A program made the translations under genes and the position numbers. A stretch of DNA of 64,000 bases from Leucoraja ocellata (Eukaryota): NCBI GenBank assembly GCA_036785375.1, contig JAWMAR010000095.1, positions 7,192,001 through 7,256,000 of the forward strand, given 5' to 3'. This document shows positions 1 to 11,000 of the stretch, piece after piece (within the stretch, counting starts at the first letter, position 1; every line of letters begins with the position of its first letter). The notes below the pieces were generated by a model, which was given only the letters and a program-made list of their open reading frames with translations, had not been told where the DNA came from and made no database searches.

Positions 1-526
1 CTCAAACCTTTATATTTCAAGATTCTCCTGTATGGCAAAAAAAAGTTTTTCCCCATTAAAATGTCCAGTATAATACGGAATTATTGGCAGCTTGATTGCG
101 AATACTATGGTGCAGATAATAGGCTGGTAAAATGGTGCAGTACTTAATGGTACTTTCTTCAATACATGGCATCCAAGAAATAATCCCAACGAGCCAAGGG
201 CACATGCAGATTTTTGGAAGTATGACTATGTAGTTAAATTATTGAGCTAGGAACTCTGTCTAAGACACAATCTAGCGACCATTTCAAATCCTACCATGGC
301 AACTGTGGAAATCAACATACAGTTCATAATCTGGGTTAACATCAGTAATGATGACCACAAAATTATTTGTCATTAAAAACAAACTCACCTGGTTTACTAT
401 CCACTCTTGGAGAGGAATCTGGCCATCTTTACAATGGGCCTCAGGGTCTCCCGGCAACCTACAAATGCCACGATGATTGTCCAGAGGCTTCTTAAAAACG
501 TTGCCAGATTACCTGTCTCCACCAAG

Positions 527-2755
527 GAGTCATAGAGTGATACAGTGTGGAAACAGGCCTCTCGGCCCAACTCACTGCCAACAATGTCCCAGCTACACTC
601 GTCCCATTTGCCTGTGCTTGGTCCATATCCCTACAACCCTGTCCTATCCATGCACCTGTCTGTTTCTTAAACTATGGGATAGTCCCAGCCTCAATTACCT
701 CCTCTGGCAGCTTGTTCCATACACCCACCACCCTTTGTGTGAAAATGTTACCCCTCAGATTCCTATGAAATCTTTTCCCCTTCACCTTGAACCTATGTCC
801 TCTGGTCCTCGATTCCCCTACTCTGGGCAAAAGACTGTGTATCTACCTGATCTATTCCCCTCATGATTTTATATACTTCTATAAGATCTCCCCTCATCCT
901 CCTGCTCTCCATGGAATAGAGACCCAGCCTACTCAACCTCTTCCTATAGCTCACACCCTCTAGTCCCGGCAACATCCTTGTAAATCTTTTCTGAACCCTT
1001 TCAAGCTTGACAATATCTTTCCTATATCATGATGCCCAGAACTGAACACAATATTTTAAATGCAGTCTCACCAACGTCTTATACAACTGTAACATGACCT
1101 CCCAACTTCAATAGTCAATATTCTGACTGATGAAAGCCAAAGTGCCAAAAGCCTTTTTGACCACCTTATCTACCTGCGACTTGACCTTCAAGGAACCATG
1201 CACCTGTACTCCTAGATCCCTCTGCTCTACAACACCACCCAGAGGCCTACCATTTATTGTGTAGGTCCTGCCCTTGTTCGACGTCCCAAAATGCGACAAG
1301 TCATAATTTTCTGTATTAAATTCCATCAACCATTCCTCCGCCCACCTGGCCAATCGATCCAGATCCTGCTGTAATCTTTCACAACCATCTTCACTATCTG
1401 CAAAACCACTAACATTTTGTATCAACAAACTTGCTAATCTTGCCTTGTATGTTCTCATTCAACTCACTGATGTAGATGACAAACAGTAACAGGCCCAACA
1501 CAAAACACTGAGGCACACCACTAGTCACAGGCCTCCAGTCCGAGAAGCAACCGTCCACCATCACCCTCTGCTTCCTTCCTTGGAGCCAATTTGCTATCCA
1601 TTCAGCTATCTCTCCTTGGATCCCATGCGATCCAACCTTTCAGAACAGCCTACCATGCGGAACCTTGTCGAACGCCTTACTCAAGTCCATGTACACAACA
1701 TCTACAGCTCTGCCCTCATCAACCTTTTTGGTCACGTCCTCAAAAAATTCAATCAGATTTGTGAGATACGACCTTCCATGTACAAAACCATGCTGACTAT
1801 CCCTAATCAGCCCTTGCCCGTCCAAATGCCTGTATGCCCTATCCCTCAGAATACTCTCCAGTACCTTACCAAATGCAGATGTTAAGCTTATCGGCCCATA
1901 GTTCCCAGCATTTTCCCTGGAGCCCTTCTTGAAAAGAGGCACAACATTTGCCACCCACCAGTCTTCCGGCACCTCTCCTGCATTTAAGGCCGACTCGTAA
2001 ATTTCAACCAGGGCTCCTGCAATTTCGACTCATTTCCGCAATGTCCTCGGATATATCTGACCAGGCCCTGGAAATTTGTCTACCTTCAAACACGACAGTA
2101 CCTTCAGTACTTCGTCGATGGTAACCCTGACAGCTCTCAGCCACTTCCAGTGACTGCTCCAATTTCCTCCGTCCTACTGTCTTTCTCCTTGGTAAGTAGA
2201 GGAGAAATACTAATTTAGTACCTTGCCCATCTCATGTGGCTCCTTACAAAGGTGACCGCTTTGATTCCTGAGAGGTCCCACTCTCTCTCTAGTTACCCTT
2301 CTCCCCCTTATGTATTTATAAAATCTTTTGGGATTGTCCTTATTGCTACCCGCCAGAGCTATCTCTGGGCCCCTTTTTGCCCTTCTGATTTCCATTTTTA
2401 GTTTACTCCTTAATTCCCCAAACTCTCTAGGGATGCATTTGATCCCAGTTGCCTATACCTGTTCCATGCATCCTTCTTGTTTTTAACTAATGTCTCAATT
2501 CCCCTCGTCAGCCAAGCTTCCTTACGTTTGCCTGCTTTGTTCTTCACTCTAACAGGGACAAACACATCCTGAGCTTTCTTCAGTACACTTTTATAAACAT
2601 CCCACTTGGCCTTTCCCCTCAAATAACCTGCTCCAGTCAACTTGAATGAGACCTTCCCTCATACCCTCAAAGTTGGCCTTACCTCAGTTGAGCATTTTAA
2701 CATGTGGATCCTCTCCGTCCCTATCCACAACTATCTTAAACCTAATCGAACCATG
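527..2755 (-). mobile_element. CR1-clade LINE (HER1-like), 5'-truncated and frameshifted
   Basis: ORF2 pieces PEDWWVANVVPLFKKG, QHGFVHGRS, VDVVYMDLSKAFDKVPH, RRMRGDLIEVYKIM; 3' tail at about 530-600. Confidence 0.92.
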
Positions 2756-3387
2756 TTTTCAGGCAGTGCCTACCAGATTGCAACTACTCACTGACTGACA
2801 ATATTCTTCCTCAGATCCCCACTAAACTTAAAACTCTGCCCTCTGGTCTTAAGACATCCCTGCCATGGAGAAGGATTTCCTACAATCTACACCTCCCATA
2901 ATTTTGAAACTTCTCAAATGAATTAAAAAAAAATGAAACTAATCTAAATAATAAAACTGTTTGTTGTTTTTCAGAACACACAATCCCTCCAACACATTTC
3001 AATGGGGAGTGCTGAACTTTGGCCAGGTTTAGCCTTAAGCAGTAGAAAACTCTTCTGTCTCGATGGATTCCACCTTAACAGCACCAGGATGGCTATAACT
3101 AGCAGAAGCAAGGCAGGAGATGCCAATGCAAGCCAATAACAACACTGGACACTGGAACCTGGAGTTAATCAAATAAGTGCTGACAGAGGTGGAAGGTATG
3201 GCATGAGGCATTCAGAGGAAATAGACAGCAAAAGGCAACATATAGTGCCCTCCATAATGTTTTGGACAAAGACCCATCATTTATTTATTTGCCTCTGTAC
3301 TCCACAATTTGAGATTTGGAATAGAAAAAAAATCACATGTGGTTAAAGTGCACATTGTCAGATTTTAATAAAGGCCATTTTTATACA

Positions 3388-3478
3388 TAGAAATTAGGTG
3401 CAGGAGTAGGCCATTCGGCCCTTCGAGCCTGCACCGCCATTCAATATGATCATGGCTGATCATCCAACTCAGTATCCC
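3388..3478 (-). mobile_element. CR1 3'-tail micro-insertion inside the Tc1 TIR
   Basis: Matches the 3' end of the CR1 at 8703; ACAT repeated at the junctions. Confidence 0.88.
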
Positions 3479-4471
3479 AACATTTGTTTCACCATGTTGA
3501 AATTACAGCAGTGTTTATACATAGACGTTACACCCCCCCCCGCGCATCTCAGGGCACCATAATGTTTGAGACACAGCAATATCATGTAAATGAAAGTAGT
3601 CATGTTTAGTATTTTGTTGCATATCGTTTGCACGCAATGACTGCTTGATGTCTGCGATTCATGGACATCACCAGTTGTTGGGTGTCTTCTCTGGTGATGC
3701 TCTGCCAGGCCTGTATTGCAGCCATCTTTACCTTATGCTTTGTTTTGGGGGCTAGTCCCCTTCAGTTTACTCTTTAGCATATAAAAGGTATGCTCAATTG
3801 AGTATAGATCGGGTGATTGACTTTGCCACTCAAGAATTAACCATTTTTTAGCATTGAAAAACTCCTTTGTTGCTTTAGCAGTTTGTTTGGGATAATTGTC
3901 TTGCTGTAGAATGAACCGCCGGCCAATGAGTTTTGAGGCATTTGTTTGAACTTGAGCAGATAGGATGTGTCTATACACTTCAGAATTAATTATGCTACTA
4001 CCATCAGCAGTTGTATCATCAATGAAGATAAGTGAGCCACTACCTTCAGCAGCCATACATGCCCAGGCCATAACACCCCCACCAGTGTTTCACAGATTAG
4101 GTGGTATGCTTTGGATCTTGGGCAGTTCCTTCTCTCCTCCATACTTTGCTCTTGCCATCACTCTAATATAAATTAATCTTCGTCTCATCTTTCCACAGAC
4201 CTTTTTCCAGAACTGTAGTTGCTCTTTTAAGTACTTTTTGGTAAATTGTAACCTGGCCAGCCTATTTTTGCGGATAACCAGTGGTTTGCATCTTGCAGTG
4301 TAGCCTCTATATTTTTGTTCATGAAGTCTTCTGCGGACAGTGGCCATTGACAAATCCACACCTGACTCCTGAAGAGTGTTTCTGATCTGTCGGACAGGTG
4401 TTTGGGGATTTTTCTTAGAGAGAATTCTTGTCATCAGCTGTGGAGGTCTTCCTTGTTTCTCAGTCTCATAA

Positions 4472-6190
4472 TAGGATGTGGGCCGAGCATCAAAAATGTG
4501 TCTAGAAATAGGATTTCGTGACCCAAGTCACCAAACTACATGAAATGTTCACATATTGTGTAAACAAATGTATATAAATCACCCCTGAAACTCGATATGA
4601 AGAAGATTTGCACATCTTTATTAAATTAGAGAAAAAACGGAAAAATGTCGGGAATTTTTTAGTCCAATCAAAGCACGTTTAACATTGAGTTGTCTGCCAG
4701 TTGGCCAATCACGCGCTTTGTTTCAGGCTAGTACACAACATGGCTGAGGGGGCATCACAGATGCCTGTTTTACTGGAGATTCCGATGTGTTGTTGTGTGG
4801 AATAAATGCCGTGGAAACTTGCAGCAGGTAATTGTATTTAGTGGGAAAAGCATAAAAAAGGCTGAAGAAAGTGCTGCGGTGGATTAAAGTGCAAGAAAGC
4901 CTTCAAAGTCCCTGCTGATGTGTGGGACACAAAGAAGGCCCCCATGAATCAACTCTAACTGAAAGGTAAGATTAAAGTCTGAATTTATGAAAATCTATCT
5001 GTATGGAGTTTAATTAATTTAATTGCACCATTTTATAATGTGAATAAATTCATTCATTCATTCATTCCTTATTCATTCACCCACTTACTCATTCATTCAT
5101 TCATGAAATTGAGGGCCTAAACTATAACACAGTCAATTAAACATTACTCTACAACAAGCTGGCATTAGTGACAATAAGTCTTTAACAGCTAATCTCGGAG
5201 CTGCCTGCGAAAACTTACCGGGAAAAAGTGCTCCGACCGCGGGGCCTAGGTACTCGCGGTAAGGTGAAGCCGCGGCCTCAATTAATAAGCGGCCGATTCA
5301 CGATTGCGGAGCGGGGCGGGCGAGGCTGTACATAGTGCCGTCTGTAGCGGTCGTTTTCAGACCCCGATAACGGGAGAAAACCGGAGGGATATCGATCGCT
5401 ATTTACCGCGAGTACCTTGGTCCCGTGATCGGAGCACTTTTTCCCGGTAAGTTTTCGCAGGCAGCTCCGAGATTAGTTGTTAAAGACTTATTACTGTACA
5501 ACAGGCTGGCATTAGTGACAATGTTTAATTGACTGTGTAATAGTTTAGGCCCTCAATTTCATGATTGAATGAGTAAGTGAGTGAATGAATGAATAAGTGA
5601 GTGAGGGAATGAATAAGGAATGAATGAATGAATTTATTCACATTATATTAAATTAATTAAAGTCCATACAGATAGATTTTCATAAATTCAGACTTTAATC
5701 TTACCTTTCAGTTAGAGTTGATTCATGGGGGCCTTCTTTGTGTTCCACACATCAGCAGGGACTTTGAAGGCTTTCTTGCACTTTAATCCACTTCGCAGCA
5801 CTTTCTTCAGCCTTTTTAATGCTTTTCCCACTAAATACAATTACCTGCTGCAAGTTTCCACGGCATTTATTCCACAGAACAACACATCGGAATCTCCAGT
5901 AAAACAGGCATCTGTGAAGCCCCCTCAGCCATTTTGTGTGCTAGCCTGAAACAAAGCGCGTCATTGGCCAACTGGCAGACAACTCTATGATAAATGTGCT
6001 TTGATTGGACAAAAAAATTCCTGACATTTTCCCGTTTTTTCTCTAATTTAATAAAAATGTGCAAGTCTTCTTCATATCGAGTTTCAGGGGTGATTTATAT
6101 ACATTTGTTTACACAATATGTGAAAATTTCATGTAGTTTGGTGACTTGGGTCACGAAACTGCAGAATAAAGCTCCTCGGCCCACAGCCTA
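4472..6190. mobile_element. Non-autonomous foldback DNA transposon (Academ-like or Harbinger-like) with about 750-bp inverted arms
   Basis: 16-bp TIR TAGG(a/c)TGTGGGCCGAG; TAA at 4469-4471 and 6191-6193; arms about 4514-5262 and 5403-6158; interrupts otherwise contiguous Tc1 sequence. Confidence 0.85.
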
Positions 6191-6699
6191 TAATGGCTTC
6201 TTTGACTTTCATTGGCACAACTTTGGTCCTCATGTTGATAAACAGCAATAGAAGTTTCCAAAGGTGAAGGAAAGACTGGAGGAAAAAATAGGTGCTGAGA
6301 GCTCTCTTATACCTGCATTAAGGAGGCAATTAAACACCTGAGCAATTACAAACACCCGTGAAGCCACGTCCCCCAGACATTATGGTGCCCTGAAATGGGG
6401 GGGACTATGTATAAACACAGCTGTATTTACGACATGGTGAAACCAAAATGTATAAAAATACCCTTTAATAAAATCTGACAATGTGCATTTTAACCACATG
6501 TGACTTTTTTTCTGTTACAAATATCAAATTATGGAGTACAGAGGCAAATAAATAAATTATGGGTCTTTGTCCCAAACATTTTGGAGGGCACAGTATGTGT
6601 AGAAGAGCACAAAGAATTTTGTGCGTTTCCAAGTTATGACCTTCGTTGATTTCAAACATTAATATAATATTAATTAGATTAAAGATTGATAGAAAGGTA

Positions 6700-7898
6700 G
6701 AATTCTCAGATTATAATTAATTTAATGTTCAAATATTCATCACAAATACTTTGTACAGATATATAAGGAATAAGTACAAAAGACAGCATATGCTCACTTT
6801 CAAAGTTCGAGGAACACTGGTTTGTGAATGTTTAAATTAATAAGATACGTTTGCCAATTTTTATATATCAGGAAAACAATTGACAAACTAGGTCTTCAAA
6901 AAACTTGCAAAATGCACATTTTCTAACACTATTTTTAAATACGATTAAGGACAAACACAAAAATAAACCAACTTTCAGAGGGAAGTTGCAGTCAGGGTTT
7001 AGAATATGTGCCCTCCAGTTAAATAAGTGGTCATATATTTATCACATGAGTGGGGAACAGCCTAACCATAAACAATCTAATTGACAACAGTATTGTGTCT
7101 TCAATAACGCCAACATCATTTTTGTTTTTGGATAGTTAGTTATTTGCACATCAACTCACTTTAAGACATAACATTTATCCTTTCATGCAATCTGGCAAGC
7201 ACCAGTTAAGCAAATCCTTTTCTCAATTTAGGGTCTGCTTAATGCTTAGTATAAAAAGTTACAATCTGAATCATATCAAATTATTACAAAGATTAATTTA
7301 TTTTTGAGGAAAGACACGAGAAATGGCAGAACTTGCAGAGATGAATTGTAAACGTTCAAGGCAGATGTCGAGAGATGCTGCGTGCACAGACATTGTTTTA
7401 AGGTGCTTTAACATAGGTATTTCCATGCTATTTCATGTAAATTATTTCATTATTCTTGTACCTCAATAACCTGCTTGGTCTCATGCACATTGTATGTGAA
7501 AGTTGGGAGAATCTCAAGTAGAAAATATTGCACTTTAAATCTAACAACGTGACAGATTGCATAATTTACATCAAATTTAAATCGGTGTTACTGAGTTTTA
7601 GTCAGCTACAAACTGACTACTTTGAAGGACTGCATATGTGACAGATTCAAGGAACAGGAAGATAGCAGACTACAATTATGAAATCTGCTCTATAGTATTG
7701 TTTTCCTGTTCCATCTTGTCCTGCTGATGAGGGGGGGGGGGGGACACCTGATCCTTTTATGGGTTGCACTTGGAATATTTACATCTGGGAAGGGAATTCT
7801 TCTTTTTCCCCCATCTTCCTCTCAGCCCCACCCCCAAGAGCACCGCGGGCTCCGTTCTTTGCACAGTGACTGGTACAAGCAAATCTGCAGGTAAGTTT
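6700..7898 (-). other. Putative LYST 3' UTR with candidate polyadenylation signals (AATAAA 7302-7297; ATTAAA 6726-6721)
   Basis: AT-rich, repeat-free sequence after the stop codon; hexamers read on the minus strand, with TGTA motifs upstream of the ATTAAA. The true 3' end needs RNA data. Confidence 0.5.
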
Positions 7899-8037
7899 TC
7901 ATCCAGCCGCATAACTGCTAAGGAAAGAAAAGAATATGGGGAGCTTCATCCTCTGTTGGTCTTTGCGACACCACGCTATCACGGTGCCGTCGATGTTTGC
8001 CGTGTAGAGGTGATGGCCATCACAGGAGAAGGTCAGA
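7899..8037 (-). CDS. LYST: LYST last coding exon ([22 protein letters not shown]...SFLSSYAAG*)
   Basis: ttttctcatgcag|T; TGA at 7901-7899. Confidence 0.96.
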
Positions 8038-11000
8038 CTGCATGAGAAAAGATTAAAACCATGAAAGTCAAAGGTACTTTTATCAAAATGCGGTAGCAAG
8101 TTAGAGATTTTATTCACATCCTTTATCTGTCTGCTGACTTGCAGCACACTTAAAATGATTACTACAAATGTCAAATCAATTTTTCTACTCCTTTTCAGAT
8201 TTTTTTTTTCCTCCTGCAGGTTCTTTGCCACAGCCTGGTTTCACAAGGTCCCTCTATTAAATTTTAATAGTTCTACATTCACACTGCAGACTCATGGAGC
8301 CTAGCACATTTGCTCTTCAGCTGTAGAATCCTCATGATAAACTGTGTAGTTAAATCTCAAGGTGGACCAGTCAAGGTTCCTTGGAGAAAGCTATTGCAAA
8401 ATCTAGACACCACTGCACAAATTGTTGTTTCATTTCACATCCTAATTGGAAAATGCATAGATACTGTTAGACTTGGGTATTTTTTAAACCCTACTTGACA
8501 GTTGAAATATTGAGAAGATTATAGTTACAGCTCAGTGGTCACACTTGCACTTGAGATAAAAGATTATGGTTTCAAACCAAGCTCCACAAGGCACGAGCAA
8601 CAAACAATCCTCTGGAGGAAGTCAGCTGGTCAGGCAGTATCTGCAGAGGGAAATGCACCGTGGACATTTTGGGTCATCCCTTCATCTGAAATTAAGTCTT
8701 CGTAGAAACATAGAAAATAGGTGCAGGAGTAGGCCATTCGGCCCTTCGAGCCTGCACCGCCATTCAATATGATCATGGCTGATCATCCAACTCAGTATCC
8801 TGTACCTGCCTTCTCTCCATACCCTCTGATCCCTTTAGCCACAAGGGCCACATCTAACTCCCTCTTAAATATAGCCAATGAACTGGCCTCAACTACATTC
8901 TGTGGCAGAGAATTCCAGAGATTCACCACTCTCTGTATGAAAAATGTTGTCCTCATCTCGGTCCTAAAAGATTTCCCCCTTATCCTTAAACTGTGACCCC
9001 TTGTTCTGGACTTCCCCAACAATCTTCCTGCATCTAGCTTGTCCAACCCCTTAAGAATTTTGTAAGTTTCTATAAGATCCCCCCTCAATCTTCTAAATTC
9101 TAGCGAGTACAAGCCGAGTCTATCCAGTCTTTCTTCATATGAAAGTCCTGCCATCACAGGAATCAGTCTAGTGAACCTTCTCTGTACTCCCTCTATGGCA
9201 AGAATGTCTTTCCTCAGATTAGGAGACCAAAACTGTACGCAATACTCCAGGTGTGGTCTCACCAAGGCCCTGTACAACTGCAGTAGAACCTCCCTGTTCC
9301 TATACTCAAATCCTTTTGCTATGAATGCTAACATACCATTCGCCTTCTTCTCTGCCTGCTGCACCTGCATGCCTACTTTTTATGACTGGTGTACCATGAC
9401 ACCCAAATCTCGTTGCATCTCCCCTTTTCCTAATCGGCCACCATTCAGATAATAGTCTACTTTCCTGTTTTTGCCACTAAAGTGGATAACCTCACATTCA
9501 TCCACATTATACTGCATCTGCCATGCATTTTCCCCATTCACCCAGCCTATCCATGTCACCTTGCAGCCTCCTGGCATCCTCCACACAGCTTACACGGCCC
9601 CCCAGCTTCATGTCATCTGCAAACTTGGAGATGTTGCATTCAATTCCCTCATCCAAATCATTAATATATATCGTAAATAGCTGGGGTCCCAGCACTGAGC
9701 CTTGCGGTACCCCACTAGTCACTGCCTACCATTGTGAAAAGGACCCGTTTACTCCTACTCTTTGCTTCCTGTCTGCCAGCCAGTTCTCTATCCACATCAA
9801 TACTGAACCCCCAATACCGTGTACTAATCTCTTATGTGGGACCTTGTCTAAAGCCTTCTGAAAGTCCAGATATAACACATCCACTGGTTCTCCCTTATCC
9901 ACGCTACTGTTTACATCCTCGAAAAATTCTATAAGATTCGTCAGACGATTTACCTTTCATAAATCCATGCTGACTTGTCCAATGATTTCACCACTTTCCA
10001 AATGTGCTGCTATCCCATCTTTAATAACCGATTCTAGCAGTTTCCCCACTACCGACGTTAGACTAACTGGTCTGTAATTCTCCGTTTTCTCTCAACCTCC
10101 CTTTTTAAAAAGTGGGTTTACATTAGCTACCCTCCAATCCTCAGGAACTACTCCAGAATCTAAAGAGTTTTGAAAAATTATCACTAATGCATCCACTATT
10201 TCTGGGGCTACTTCCTTACGTACTCTGGGATGCAGCCTATCTGGCCCTGGGGATTTATCGGCCTTTAATCCATTCAATTTACCGAACACCACTTCCCGGC
10301 TAACCTGGATTTCACTCAGTTCCTCCATCTCATTTGACTGTGGAATTCTCTGCCACAGAAGGCAGTAGAGGCCAATTCACTGGAGATTTTCTAGAGATAG
10401 TTATTTAGCTCAATGGTAGATTTTCCGGCAGATTATTTATATCTTCCTTAGTGAAGACAGAACCAAAGTAGTTATTCAATTGGTCTGCCATGTCATTGTT
10501 CCCCATGATCAATTCACCTGTTTCTGACTGCAAGGGACTTACATTTGTTTTAACTAATCTTTTTCTCTTCACATATCTATAAAAGCTTTTGCAGTCAGTT
10601 TTTATGTTCCCTGCCAGTTTTAATTCATAACCTATTTTCCCTTTCCTAATTAAGCCCTTTGTCCTCCTCTGCTGGTCTCTGAATTTCTCCCAGTCCTCTG
10701 GTAGGCTGCTTTTTCTGGCTAATTTGTATGCTTCATCTTTCGTTTTGATACTATCCCTGATTTCCCTTGTTATCCACGGATGCACTACCTTCCCTGATTT
10801 ATTTTTTTGCCAAACTGGGATGAACAATTGTTGTAGTTCATCCATGCAGTCTTTAAATGCCTTCCATTGCATATCCACCGTCAACCCATTAAGAATCAAT
10901 TGCCAGTCTATTTTGGCCAATTCACGTCTCATACCCTCAAAGTTACCTTTCTTTAAGTTCAGGACCCTTGTTTCTGAATTAACAATGTCACTCTCCATCC

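Larger units (their letters stand above)
3243..6593 (-). mobile_element. Tc1-family DNA transposon (long TIRs, TA flanks), decayed, with nested insertions
   Basis: Termini (c/t)AGTGCCCTCCATAATG ... CATT(t)TGGAGGGCAC(a)G flanked by TA; transposase motifs LQQDN, WQSQSPDL, TVRRRLHE. Confidence 0.93.

Noticed and set aside
5263-5402. CpG island or host gene promoter
   Set aside because: It is the short central spacer of the foldback element, and no gene start is nearby.
8038-8231. N-terminal extension of the last-exon ORF and similar ORF-track extensions around other exons
   Set aside because: Intronic read-through beyond the AG/GT sites; LYST similarity stops at the splice boundaries.
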